NCBI GenBank assembly: GCA_965235115.1
Contig: OZ249436.1
Location: forward strand, 806,001 to 868,000
Direction of reading: 5' to 3'
Origin: Laetmonice hystrix
Lineage: Eukaryota
Length of the DNA stretch: 62,000 nt
Part shown: positions 25,954 through 39,430 of the stretch, piece after piece
Position numbering within the stretch: the stretch's first letter is position 1
How the letters are laid out: each line of letters starts with the position of its first letter
Made by a program: the position numbers and the translations under genes
The notes under the pieces: model-generated
The model's database searches: none
What the model saw: only the letters and a program-made list of their open reading frames with translations
What the model was told of the DNA's origin: nothing

Positions 25954-26334
25954 GGTTCCTGAGAATATGGCGGACATTCCTCATTGTTATATTTATCACC
26001 CAGTGCTTGTACAGGGTTGAAGACAGAACGCCGGGGTAGGGTTCCTGAGAATATGGCGGACATTCCTCATTGTTATATTTATCGATCTCCGTTTATTGAA
26101 ATGCAGCGGAAGCGAATTCTACATTTCTAAAGAAATGTTAACAGACGTAGAATCTCTCATGATGTATTCACGCTAGAGAGGTGAGCAGTACAGAGGGTAC
26201 GATCCATTGTCATGCAGTTTCCCTCAATAATTTGTTATTCAAGGTCCTAGAAGCAGGGATGCTTAACCACGCTTGGCTTGATTCGCCCTTACCTCAGAGA
26301 ATTGAATCTCGGAGAGCGAAGGGTCCTTCTGTTT

Positions 26335-26789
26335 GCAACTGACTGTGGTTTAACATGAAACATCTCACATGGAGTGCAACTGACTGTGGTTTAACATGAA
26401 ACATCTCACATGGAGTACAACTGACTGTGGTTTAACATGAAACATCTCACATGGAGTACAACTGACTGTGGTTTAACATGAAACATCTCACATGGAGTGC
26501 AACTGACTGTGGTTTAACATGAAACATTTCACATGGAGTGCAACTGCCTGTGGTTTAACATGAAACATCTTACATGGAGTGCAACTGACTGTGGTTTAAC
26601 ATGAAACATCTTACATGGAGTGCAACTGACTGTGGTTTAACATGAAACATCTCACATGGAGTGCAACTGACTGTGGTTTAACATGAAACATCTCACATGG
26701 AGTGCAACTGACTGTGGTTTAACATGAAACATCTTACATGGAGTGCAACTGACTGTGGTTTAACATGAAACATCTTACATGATGGAGTG
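26335..26789. repeat. 41-bp minisatellite
   Basis: GCAACTGACTGTGGTTTAACATGAAACATCTCACATGGAGT repeated. Confidence 0.96.
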
Positions 26790-26807
26790 TATCTTTGATC
26801 AGGGGAT

Positions 26808-29185
26808 TACTGGAAAGGTTTCTCTACCAGAGTCTAACCACGACTGAATGTACTGGAAAGGTTTCTCTACCAGAGTCTAACCACGACTGAATGTACGGGA
26901 AAGGTTTCTCTACCAGAGTCTAACCACGACTGAATGTACTGGAAAGGTTTCTCTACCAGAGTCTAACCACGACTGAATGTACTGGAAAGGTTTCTCTACC
27001 AGAGTCTAACCACGACTACTGGAAAGGTTTCTCTACCAGAGTCTAACCACGACTGAATGTACTGGAAAGGTTTCTCTACCAGAGTCTAACCACGACTGAA
27101 TGTACTGGAAAGGTTTCTCTACCAGAGTCTAACCACGACTGAATGTACTGGAAAGGTTTCTCTACCAGAGTCTAACCACGACTGAATGTACTGGAAAGGT
27201 TTCTCTACCAGAGTCTAACCACGACTGAATGTACTGGAAAGGTTTCTCTACCAGAGTCTAACCACGACTGAATGTACTGGAAAGGTTTCTCTACCAGAGT
27301 CTAACCACGACTGAATGTACTGGAAAGGTTTCTCTACCAGAGTCTAACCACGACTGAATGTACTGGAAAGGTTTCTCTACCAGAGTCTAACCACGACTAC
27401 TGGAAAGGTTTCTCTACCAGAGTCTAACCACGACTGAATGTACTGGAAAGGTTTCTCTACCAGAGTCTAACCACGACTACTGGAAAGGTTTCTCTACCAG
27501 AGTCTAACCACGACTGAATGTACTGGAAAGGTTTCTCTACCAGAGTCTAACCACGACTGAATGTACTGGAAAGGTTTCTCTACCAGAGTCTAACCACGAC
27601 TGAATGTACTGGAAAGGTTTCTCTACCAGAGTCTAACCACGACTGAATGAATGTACTGGAAAGGTTTCTCTACCAGAGTCTAACCACGACTGAATGTACT
27701 GGAAAGGTTTTCTCTACCAGAGTCTAACAATGACTGAATGTACTGGAAAGGTTTTCTCTACCAGAGTCTAACAATGACTGAATGTACTGGAAAGGTTTCT
27801 CTACCAGAGTCTAACAATGACTGAATGTAACCACGACTGAATGTACTGGAAAGGTTTCTCTACCAGAGTCTGACCACGACTGAATGTACTCGAAAGGTTT
27901 CTCTACCAGAGTCTAACCATGACTGAATGTACTGGAAAGGTTTCTCTACCAGAGTCTAACCACGACTGAATGTACTGGAAAGGTTTCTCTACCAGAGTCT
28001 AACCACGACTGAATGTACTGGAAAGGTTTCTCTACCAGAGTCTAACCACGACTGAATGTACTGGAAAGGTTTCTCTACCAGAGTCTAACCACGACTGAAT
28101 GTACTGGAAAGGTTTCTCTACCAGAGTCTAACCACGACTGAATGTACTGGAAAGGTTTCTCTACCTGAGTCTAACCACGACTGAATGTACTGGAAAGGTT
28201 TCTCTACCTGAGTCTAACCACGACTGAATGTACTGGAAAGGTTTCTCTACCTGAGTCTAACCACGACTGAATGTACTGGAAAGGTTTCTCTACCAGAGTC
28301 TAACCACGACTACTGGAAAGGTTTCTCTACCAGAGTCTAACCACGACTGAATGTACTGGAAAGGTTTCTCTACCAGAGTCTAACCACGACTGAATGTACT
28401 GGAATGGTTTCTCTACCAGAGTCTAACCATGACTGAATGTACTAGAAAGGTTTCTCTACCAGAGTCTAACCACGACTGAATGTACTGGAACGGTTTCTCT
28501 ACCAGAGTCTAACCATGACTGAATGTACTGGAAAGGTTTCTCTACCAGAGTCTAACCACGACTACTGGAAAGGTTTCTCTACCAGAGTCTAACCACGACT
28601 ACTGGAAAGGTTTCTCTACCAGAGTCTAACCACGACTGAATGTACTGGAAAGGTTTCTCTACCAGAGTCTAACCACGACTGAATGTACTGGAAAGGTTTC
28701 TCTACCAGAGTCTAACCACGACTGAATGTACTGGAAAGGTTTCTCTACCAGAGTCTAACCACGACTGAATGTACTGGAAAGGTTTCTCTACCAGAGTCTA
28801 ACCACGACTGAATGTACTGGAAAGGTTTCTCTACCAGAGTCTAACCACGACTGAATGTACTGGAAAGGTTTCTCTACCAGAGTCTAACCACGACTGAATG
28901 TATTGGAAAGGTTTCTCTACCAGAGTCTAACCACGACTGAATGTAACCACGACTGAATGTACTGGAAAGGTTTCTCTACCAGAGTCTAACCACGACTGAA
29001 TGTACTGGAAAGGTTTCTCTACCAGAGTCTAACCACGACTGAATGTACTGGAAAGGTTTCTCTACCAGAGTCTGACCACGACTGAATGTACTGGAAAGGT
29101 TTCTCTACCAGAGTCTAACCATGACTGAATGTACTGGAAAGGTTTCTCTACCAGAGTCTAACCACGACTGAATGTATTAGAAAGC
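26808..29185. repeat. 43-bp minisatellite
   Basis: TACTGGAAAGGTTTCTCTACCAGAGTCTAACCACGACTGAATG repeated. Confidence 0.98.
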
Positions 29186-29541
29186 GACCCAATCTCAATA
29201 ATCCTCCAATGAAAGCAGCCGTGTCGTTACTATAGCGGTGTTATAATGTCCATGAACAGCACCGTGCGACCAATGAAAACCCCGTACCTGATTCTGTCGC
29301 CTCTTTCGTCATACTACTTTTAGGCTGCTGCCATACCATGCATAGACCTTCAGAGATCGCAGAGCCCTAATACTACCAACATACGACCAGGTCGCTCACT
29401 GGTTGGCAGCAGGGAGCGGCTAACCCCCTGACAATGGCAGATTACCTGAAAAGGGAATCATAGGAAAATATTGAGAGGGTGGTAGTTTCCCTTCCCTCAT
29501 CCGACCACAACCAGCCATATACTCATAGACTCCAATGTTAT

Positions 29542-31214
29542 GCGTTACTATGGCATCCTTGACGTTACTATGGAATCCTTGACGTTATTATGGAATACTT
29601 GACGTTACTATGGCATCCTTGACGTTACTACGGAATCCTTGACGTTACTATGTAATCCTTAACGTTACTATGGAATCCTTGACGTTACTATGTAATCCTT
29701 GACGTTACTATGGCATCCTTGACGTTACTACGGAATCCTTGACGTTACTATGGCATCCTTGACGTTACTACGGAATCCTTGACGTTACTGTGGAATCCTT
29801 GACGTTACTATGGAATCCTTGACGTTACTATGGCATCCTTGACGTTACTATGGCATCCTTGACGTTACTACGGAATCCTTGACGTTACTATGGAATCCTT
29901 GACGTTACTACGGAATCCTTGAGGTTACTATGGAATCCTTGAGGTTACTATGGAATCCTTGACGTTACTATGGAATCCTTGACGTTACTGTGGCATCCTT
30001 GACGTTACTATGTAATCCTTGACGTTACTATGGCATCCTTGACGTTACTACGGAATCCTTGACGTTACTATGGAATCCTTGAGGTTACTATGGAATCCTT
30101 GACGTTACTATGGCATCCTTGACGTTATTACGGAATCCGTGACGTTACTATGGAATCCTTGACGTTACTACGGAATCCTTGACGTTACTACAGAATCCTT
30201 GACGTTACTATGGAATCCTTGACGTTACTACGGAATCCTTGACGTTCCTATGGAATCCTTGACGTTACTATGGAATCCTTGACGTTACTGTGGCATCCTT
30301 GCCGTTATTATGGAATCCTTGACGTTACTATGGAATCCCTGACGTTACCATGGAATCTTTGACGTTAATACGGAATCCTTGACGTTACTATGGAATCCTT
30401 GACGTTACTACGGAATTACGTTAGTACGGAATCCTTGACGTTACTATGGAATCCTAGACGTTACTCTGGAATCCTTGACGTTACTACGGAATCCTTGACG
30501 TTACTATGGAATCCTTGACGTTACTGTGGAATCATTGACGTTACTATGAAATCCTTGACGTTACTATGGAATCCTTGACGTTACTATGAAATCCTTGACG
30601 TTACTATGGAATCCTTGACGTTACTATGAAATCCTTGACGTTACTATGAAATCCTTGACGTTACTATGGAATCCTTGCCGGTACTATGGCATCCTTGACG
30701 TTACTACGGAATCCTTGACGTTACTATGGCATCCTTGCTGGTACTATGGGATCCTTGACGTTACTATGGAATCCTTGACGTTACTATGGAATCCTTGACG
30801 TTACTATGAAATCCTTGACGTTACTGTGGAATCCTTGACGTTACTACGTAATCCTTGACGTTACTACGGAATCCTTGACGTTACTATGGAATCCTTGACG
30901 TTACTATGGAATCCTTGACGTTACTATGGAATCCTTGACCTTACTATGGAATCCTTGACGTTACTGTGGAATCCTTGACGTTACTGTGGGATCCTTGACG
31001 TTACTATGGAATCCTTGACGTTACTATGGAATCCTTGACGTTACTACGGAATCCCTGACGTTACTATGGAATCCTTGACGTTACTACGGAATCCTTGACG
31101 TTACTACGGAATCCTTAAAGTTACTGTGGAATCCTTGACGTTACTGTGGAATCCTTGACGTTACTATGGAATCCTTGACGTTACTATGGCATCCTTCACG
31201 TTACTATGGAATCC
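29542..31214. repeat. 20-bp minisatellite
   Basis: GACGTTACTATGGAATCCTT, ~80 copies. Confidence 0.98.
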
Positions 31215-31491
31215 GGCGGCATTCTTTGAACCACCCATCATTCCCACTTTCCCATCCAATTTCCGGAATCAACCCTCATTACGTTTAGACCCGTGAAAAC
31301 CCCTTTATGTGTTCCGTCCATAATTTTGCCCGACCGTCTACATCTGTGTGCCTTTAGAAATTACATGCGTCATTCTGAGAGTCAGGTTCCTGTTCCTGTT
31401 TCATCCCACAAAAACATCTCCAGACGTATGTCGTCAACCCGAGCTATATTGGCGGCGTCCGTATCCATGGGAGTCGGATTTATAGGGGGCA

Positions 31492-33007
31492 TTGTTCCCC
31501 TGCTCACTGACATCAAGTGAAGGTCATAGCTCCCCTGCTCACTGACATCAAGTGGAGGTCAATAGCTCCCCTGCTCACTGACATCAAGTGAAGGTCAATA
31601 GTTCCCCTGCTCACTGACATCAAGTGGAGGTCAATAGTTCCCCTGCTCACTGACATCAAGTGGAGGTCAATAGTTCCCCTGCTCACTGACATCAAGTGGA
31701 GGTCAATAGTTCCCCTGCTCACTGACATCAAGTGGAGGTCAATAGTTCCCCTGCTCACTGACATCAAGTGGAGGTCAATAGTTCCCCTGCTCACTGACAT
31801 CAAGTGGAGGTCAATAGTTCCCCTGCTCACTGACATCAAGTGGAGGTCAATAGTTCCCCTGCTCACTGACATCAAGTGGAGGTCAATAGTTCCCCTGCTC
31901 ACTGACATCAAGTGGAGGTCAATAGTTCCCCTGCTCACTGACATCAAGTGGAGGTCGATAGTTCCCCTGCTCACTGACATCAAGTGGAGGTCAATAGTTC
32001 CCCTGCTCACTGACATCAAGTGGAGGTCAATAGTTCCCCTGCTCACTGACATCAAGTGGAGGTCATAGTTCCCCTACTCACTGACATCAAGTGGAGGTCG
32101 ATAGTTCCCCTGCTCACTGACATCAAGTCGAGGTCAATAGTTCCCCTGCTCACTGACATAAAGTGGAGGTCAATAGTTCCCCTGCTCACTGACATCAAGT
32201 GAAGGTCAATAGTTCCCCTGCTCACTGACATCAAGTGGAGGTCAATAGTTCCCCTGCTCACTGACATCAAGTGGAGGTCAATAGTTCCCCTGCTCACTGA
32301 CATCAAGTGGAGGTCAATAGTTCCCCTGCTCACTGACATCAAGTGGAGGTCAACAGTTCCCCTGCTCACTGACATCAAGTGGAGGTCAATAGTTCCCCGG
32401 CTCACTGACATCAAGTTAAGGTCAATAGTTCCCCTGCTCACTGACATCAAGTTAAGGTCAATAGTTCCCCTGCTCACTGACATCAAGTGGAGGTCAATAG
32501 TTCCCCTGCTCACTGACATCAAGTGGAGGTCAATAGTTCCCCTGCTCACTGACATCAAGTGGAGGTCAATAGTTCCCCTGCTCACTGACATCAAGTGGAG
32601 GTCAATAGTTCCCCTGCTCACTGACATCAAGTGGAGGTCAATAGTTCCCCTGCTCACTGACATCAAGTGAAGGTCATAGCTCCCCTGCTCACTGACATCA
32701 AGTGGAGGTCAATAGTTCCCCTGCTCACTGACATCAAGTGGAGGTCAATAGTTCCCCTGCTCACTGACATCAAGTGGAGGTCAATAGTTCCCCTGCTCAC
32801 TGACATCAAGTGGAGGTCAATAGTTCCCCTGCTCACTGACATCAAGTGGAGGTCAATAGTTCCCCTGCTCACTGACATCAAGTGGAGGTCAATAGTTCCC
32901 CGGCTCACTGACATCAAGTGGAGGTCAATAGTTCCCCTGCTCACTGACATCAAGTGGAGGTCAATAGTTCCCCTGCTCACTGACATCAAGTGGAGGTCAT
33001 AGTTCCA
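31492..33007. repeat. 36-bp minisatellite
   Basis: GTTCCCCTGCTCACTGACATCAAGTGGAGGTCAATA repeated. Confidence 0.98.
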
Positions 33008-33376
33008 CCATGTAATAACCGATAGTCTTTACAGATTCTATAGAGGAGGATACTGCTCGGACCTTCAGAATTTTTTCTTCCTGGAGATGGAGTCTGAACA
33101 CTCTATGTGCTCTCATACTATATAATCTGTTAAATGCATGTAACTATTACGTACATATTGTAATGGCGCGGAGGACCCGGGGTGAGTCTGTGATCAACCG
33201 AGTTAACTATTGCGCGGCTGTTGAATAAAGTGTAAGATCTACTTGCATGCAAGAGCAACTTGAGTGTTGAAAGATTATGGAAAACACGTTTCAATGACAG
33301 CGTTGTACAACATGTTGACATTAGTGCCCTAGACCTGGCGATGACCGATGGGCCATATCCCCGCCGCTCGACACGG

Positions 33377-33656
33377 TCGTCTGCTCAGTCTAGTTAACAC
33401 CTCAGGCATGACGTCATAATCAGACTGATGAATGGCGGCGTTCGTTACAACAAACAGTTCTCTCGTGAGACGAGTCGTCTGCTCCGACCCACAGTCCAGT
33501 TAACACCTCAGGCATGACGTCATAATCAGACTGATGAATGGCGGCGTTCGTTACAACAGTCTGCTCCGACCCACAGTCCAGTTAACACCTCAGGCATGAC
33601 GTCATAATCAGACTGATGAATGGCGGCGTTCGTTACAACAGTCTGCTCCGACCCAC
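33377..33656. repeat. Triplicated ~80-100-bp unit
   Basis: AGTTAACACCTCAGGCATGACGTCATAATCAGACTGATGAATGGCGGCG three times. Confidence 0.9.
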
Positions 33657-33821
33657 ACCCTAAACCAAGATGGCCCCTCTGGGCGGCGTCTGTGGACCAA
33701 GTGGTGTGAGAGATCAAGGACAGAGGGCGCTGCGGTAATGGGGTCAGCGTCAGAGGTCAGGCAGACGACACCACGACCAGTTGAGGCGCCGTTATAAAAC
33801 TAAAGGACTAAACTAAAACTA

Positions 33822-34055
33822 CTTGTCATAACGGTGACAAATAGAAGTGGTAAAAAAAAGAAACAAGTTTGACTTTGAACATTTTCACTGTGGTGTAAAT
33901 GAGCAAACAGTGTATTTTTAACATGAGGAACATACCAATTTCAAAAGCTCTTGAAAGCTCTTGATTTTGAAAGAGGAGAACATACTCTGTTTATTTGCAA
34001 TATTTTTTTAAAATCTGCCTCGAAAAAATTGTTGGCCTCACACCAGCACTTGTCC
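33822..34055. mobile_element. Truncated, diverged copy of the 13282-13924 Kolobok-like MITE
   Basis: Shares the right end ...GGCCTCACACCAGCACTTGTCC-TTAA and internal blocks (TTGTCATAACGG, GAAAGAGGAGAACATACTCTGTTTAT). Confidence 0.8.
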
Positions 34056-34090
34056 TTAAGGTGGATGTGAATCTTCACACCAATCTCTTC

Positions 34091-34561
34091 AGTCGAGCCA
34101 TGACGGGGAGGTATAGACCTGTACCAGTCGAGCCATGATGGGGAGGTAGACCTGTACCAGTCGAGCCATGATGGGGAGGTATAGACCTGTACCAGTCGAG
34201 CCATGATGGGGAGGTAGACCTGTACCAGTCGAGCCATGATGGGGAGGTAGACCTGTACCAGTCGAGCCATGATGGGGAGGTAGACCTGTACCAGTCGAGC
34301 CATGATGGGGAGGTAGACCTGTACCAGTCGAGCCATGATGGGGAGGTATAGACCTGTACCAGTCGAGCCATGATGGGGAGGTATAGACCTGTACCAGTCG
34401 AGCCATGATGGGGAGGTAGACCTGTACCAGTCGAGCCATGATGGGGAGGTAGACCTGTACCAGTCGAGCCATGACGGGGAGGTATAGACCTGTACCAGTC
34501 GAGCCATGATGGGGAGGTAGACCTGTACCAGTCGAGCCATGATGGGGAGGTAGACCTGTAC
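34091..34561. repeat. 33/35-bp minisatellite
   Basis: CAGTCGAGCCATGATGGGGAGGTAGACCTGTAC repeated. Confidence 0.97.
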
Positions 34562-34965
34562 CCGGGTTCTCCACCACGTGCCAGATCGTTTAAATGGCTG
34601 AGTGACACCGTTTCCCCTTTCTATTCCGTTAGAAAAGACATTAGAACGAGCAACCATGAATTGAGCCTATCTAGGCAACGTTTTCTGTCTGTAGTCCAAT
34701 CTGTTAAAGTGTTGACATGGTACAAAGAGTGCATGTAGGACTACTTTATAATAATTTCAAATTTCAGTTACTGGCGTAGTGCTCACCTGGGTTGCCCCCC
34801 CCCTCCTGTTTGGCTTCCTACATTCACAATTCAAACCTTACTGTGACAGGAATCCCTGCAGTTTTTGATAGTCGAGTTTCTGTGCCGATGGTCGGGTAGA
34901 CCGTAGTATACCCACCCCGTCTCGTTCAATAAGTTTATTACATTTACCCGATATAAACAAGAGCC

Positions 34966-36208
34966 CCAGGCCTTCCCGCACCACTTGGAGTGACACCAGG
35001 CCTTCCCGCACCACTTGGAGTGACACCAGGCCTTCCTGCACCACTTGGAGTGACACGCAGGCCTTCCCGCACCACTTGGAGTGACACCAGGCTTTCCTGC
35101 ACCACTTGGAGTGACACACAGGCCTTCCAGCACCACTTGGAGTGACACACAGGCCTTCCTGCACCACTTGGAGTGACACCAGGCCTTCCTGCACCACTTG
35201 GAGTGACACCAGGCCTTCCTGCACCACTTGGAGTGACACACAGGCCTTCCTGCACCACTTGGAGTGACACCAGGCCTTCCTGCACCACTTGGAGTGACAC
35301 CAGGCCTTCCTGCACCACTTGGAGTGACACACAGGCCTTCCTGCACCACTTGGAGTGACACCAGGCCTTCCCGCACCACTTGGAGTGACACCAGGCCTTC
35401 CTGTACCACTTGGAGTGACACCAGGCCTTCCTGCACCACTTGGAGTGACACCAGGCCTTCCTGCACCACTTGGAGTGACACCAGGCCTTCCTGCACCACT
35501 TGGAGTGACACCAGGCCTTCCTGCACCACTTGGAGTGACACCAGGCCTTCCTGCACCACTTGGAGTGACACCAGGCCTTCCTGCACCACTTGGAGTGACA
35601 CCAGGCCTTCCCGCACCACTTGGAGTGACACCAGGCCTTCCTGCACCACTTGGAGTGACACACAGGCCTTCCTGCACCACTTGGAGTGACACACAGGCCT
35701 TCCTGCACCACTTGGAGTGACACACAGGCCTTCCTGCACCACTTGGAGTGACACCAGGCCTTCCTGCACCACTTGGAGTGACACCAGGCCTTCCCGCACC
35801 ACTTGGAGTGACACCAGGCCTTCCCGCACCACTTGGAGTGACACCAGGCCTTCCCGCACCACTTGGAGTGACACCAGGCCTTCCCGCACCACTTGGAGTG
35901 ACACCAGGCCTTCCCGCACCACTTGGAGTGACACCAGGCCTTCCCGCACCACTTGGAGTGACACCAGGCCTTCCTGCACCACTTGGAGTGACACCAGGCC
36001 TTCCTGCACCACTTGGAGTGACACCAGGCCTTCCTGCACCACTTGGAGTGACACCAGGCCTTCCTGCACCACTTGGAGTGACACCAGGCCTTCCTGCACC
36101 ACTTGGAGTGACACCAGGCCTTCCCGCACCACTTGGAGTGACACACAGGCCTTCCCGCACCACTTGAAGTGACACCAGGCCTTCCTGCACCACTTGAAGT
36201 GACACACA
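34966..36208. repeat. 30/31-bp minisatellite
   Basis: CAGGCCTTCCTGCACCACTTGGAGTGACAC repeated. Confidence 0.98.
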
Positions 36209-37099
36209 GAGCTCCCTCCAACGCCACGCCATACCGCGCATGGTCAGTGACTGGGCGAGCCGCTTGAAGCCGTGCAGCGCCAGGATCCAGCAATGCCCTC
36301 TGTTGTCAGTGTGTGGAGTGACTGACTGGCACCATGTACCTCTGGTGGCACGCCCGGCTAGCTGGCTGGCTGGTCGGGTGGTGAGCTGTCTGTGGCGGTG
36401 GGGTGGGGTGCCGACCAGTCGGTGCCAGTGAGCGTGGGAGACTGAGGTACAGATACGAGGGCTGCACAACGCCCACTCTTACAGGTAGAAAGTACACAGG
36501 CCTGTAGGTCAGTAATATAGGCCCGGAATACGATACTCCAGTAGGAAAACTCTAATTTTCGCATGGACGTTGACTGAGTTTTGTGAGAGGCGCGAGGTTC
36601 CACAGCATCCTATAGAAGAGGCCGTCCGCCTCCTGGCGTGGAGACAGTGGGTGGCACAGGCTCCGCCAATCCCAGGAACCTTTCACGGGAAGGACAACAG
36701 AAGCACATGGCCGCTGGTGTTGGCATTCTCTTCAGGAACTTTCAATTCACTCTTACTTTATTGCAGAGGTGTATGACGAATGATGATGGACAAGGTCGTT
36801 TAGACTCGGAGTACAACCCATGGAGCAATCAATAATCAGCCTGGAGATGAGTCGTACAAACTCCGGATTACAGTGGACAGAGGTGCATTAACAGAGAGTT
36901 GGCCTGGCGGGGCTGACTGACTGACTGGCTGACTGATTGGTGGAAGCTGTCAGCGCTCGGCCGCCCGGGGGTTAACGGCTGCCTGGGGGTTATAACCAAA
37001 GTCGATCCGGGGCAGCAGAGAAATCCGAGTCCAGATTTACTAGGAACCCCCGGTGTTCTAATCCGTGTTCGAGTTGGGGCGTGGTTTCTGTGATAGATA

Positions 37100-37277
37100 G
37101 TGAAGCAACAGTGGGGACGCACGGATTTAATGATGGATAGTGAAGCCACAGTGAGGATACACGGATTTAATGACGGATAGTGAAGCCACAGTGAGGATAC
37201 ACGGATTTAATGACGGATAGTGAAGCAACAGTGAGGATACACGGATACACGGATTTAATGATGGATAGTGAAGCAAT
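37100..37277. repeat. 40-bp minisatellite, ~4 copies
   Basis: CAGTGAGGATACACGGATTTAATGACGGATAGTGAAGC repeated. Confidence 0.9.
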
Positions 37278-37638
37278 GACCAGGACACTCGCCAGCACCG
37301 TTATCATTGGGACCCTGTATCACCGGATCGTCACAGGCAAGATAGTTTCATTGTCTTCACCAATCAATAGGTCAAAGTGAACTTAGACTGGTTGTTCGCA
37401 CTGACCCGTAATCATAGACCGAATCTATGATCAAACACACCATCCTAACTGACTTTAAGAGTTATTGTAAGGTATTTATTCCCCCATCGATTTGACCTTC
37501 ATAGAAATCTCTATTCGGGGACAATTCAAAACGTCTCCTTGTAACCAGGAATTGGAATGCCACAACTTCTGCAAGGATTAGTCTAGGATATTAACCAATG
37601 GATAACAGGAGACAAAACCTATCAAGTTCAAGGTCAGC

Positions 37639-37680
37639 ATGGAAGCCGCACACGAGGCTGATCGGAAAGCGGAGAGTGAG

Positions 37681-37727
<47 letters not shown>

Positions 37728-37929
37728 GGCTGAAGCTCTGGTTCCTCCCACTCCTGTCTGCCCGCCCCCGCCCGCCACGCCTGAACCATACCTGCCGTCC
37801 CCGGTAGAATCGGAACAACCACAGCTCGACCGGAATGAACATGGTCTCCTACCACGGAACCAGCCGCTCCAGGCTCCCGTCGTCCTGCCAGCACCAGCGG
37901 CGGCAGCCAGGCCGAGCCGAAACCTACAT
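37639..37929 (+). CDS. Candidate first coding exon of an unidentified gene (polyQ, Pro-rich N-terminus)
   Basis: agcATGg start context, 97 codons MEAAHEADRKAESEDQ14PAEALVPPTP...RPSRNLH, then GTGAGT donor (phase 0). Possible upstream acceptor near 37548. No family recognised. Confidence 0.65.
37684..37725 (+). repeat. (CAG)14 microsatellite within candidate exon
   Basis: Pure CAG run. Confidence 0.97.
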
Positions 37930-37942
37930 GTGAGTATCTGTC

Positions 37943-39184
37943 AGTCTGAAACGGTTTGATGTATGAATGATGAGTGAATGACTCGAATCTATCACCCCAC
38001 CGACAGCCCACTGTGACACCATTCACAGACTCGGTCGGTGAAACGGTTTGGTGAATGAATGATGAGTGAATGACTGGAGGAATCTATCACCCCACCGACA
38101 GCCCACTGTGACACCATTCACAGACTCGGCCGGGGAACGGTTTGATGAATGAATGATGAGTGAATGACTGGAGGAATCTATCACCCCACCGACAGCCCAC
38201 TGTGACACCATTCACAGACTCGGCCAGTGAAACGGTTTGATGAATGAATGATGAGTGAATGACTGGAGGAATCTATCACCCCACCGACAGCCCACTGTGA
38301 CACCATTCAACAGACTCGGCCAGTGAAACGGTTTGATGAATGAATGATGAGTGAATGACTGGATGAATCTATCACCCCACCGACAGCCCACTGTGACACC
38401 ATTCAACAGACTCGGCCAGTGAAACGGTTTGATGAATGAATGATGAGTGAATGACTGGATGAATCTATCACCCCACCGACAACCCACTGTGACACCATTC
38501 AACAGACTCGGTCAGTGAAACGGTTTGATGAATGAATGATGAGTGAATGACTGGAGGAATCTATCACCCCACCGACAGCCCACTGTGACACCATTCAACA
38601 GACTCGGCCAGTGAAACGGTTTGATGAATGAATGATGAGTGAATGACTGGATGAATCTATCACCCCACCGACAGCCCACTGTGACAACATTCACAGACTC
38701 GGCCAGTGAAACGGTTTGATGAATGAATGATGAGTGAATGACTGGAGAAATCTATCACCCCACCGACAGCCCACTGTGACACTATTCACAGACTCGGCCA
38801 GTGAAACGGTTTGATGAATGAATGATGAGTGAATGACTGGATGAATCTATCACCCCACCGACAGCCCACTGTGACAACATTCACAGACTCGGCCAGTGAA
38901 ACGGTTTGATGAATGAATGATGAGTGAATGACTCAAGGAATCTATCACCCCACCGACAGCCCACTGTGACACCATTCACAGACTCGGCCGGTGAAACGGT
39001 TTGATGAATGAATGATGAGTGAATGACTGGATGAATCTATCACCCCACCGACAGCTCACTGTGACACCATTCAACAGACTCGGCCAGTGAAACGGTTTGG
39101 TGAGTGAATGATGAGTGAATGACTTGATGAATCTATCACCCCACCGACAGCCCACTGTGACACCATTAACAGACTCGGCCGGTT
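37943..39184. repeat. 95/96-bp minisatellite
   Basis: GAAACGGTTTGATGAATGAATGATGAGTG...CAGACTCGGCCAGT repeated. Confidence 0.97.
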
Positions 39185-39430
39185 AAGTGCACGTGGTCAT
39201 ATAACTGTAGCCGTGCCATAACGTCAGTATTCGGAACCGTCTTCAGGACGAATCGATTCCTGGCGGGAAGGTTGCCTGTACCAGAGAGGAATTCAGTCAG
39301 CTGATAATCTGCCGAGGTGCTAGCTCAGTTACCGCTTCCTTCAGCTTCTACTTGGTAAGAGCTTGCCAAAACGGCAACTGTTCTGGATGGTGGAAGTAAT
39401 GGTCCGATTTATGGTATGGACGGGTGGACA

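Noticed and set aside
31513..33002. In-frame 12-aa repeat ORFs
   Set aside because: Unit length is a multiple of 3 by chance; 35-bp variants break the frame and no splice context was found.
34831..36469. Long ORFs of 449-543 aa (GVTPSGAGRP repeats) resembling a structural protein
   Set aside because: Open in all three minus frames because the 30-bp unit lacks stops there; 31-bp variants shift frame freely, so there is no sign of coding constraint.
37578..38026. PolyS, polyA, polyL and polyC ORFs over the CAG tract
   Set aside because: Alternative frames of the same microsatellite; only the polyQ frame has both a good start context and an in-phase donor.
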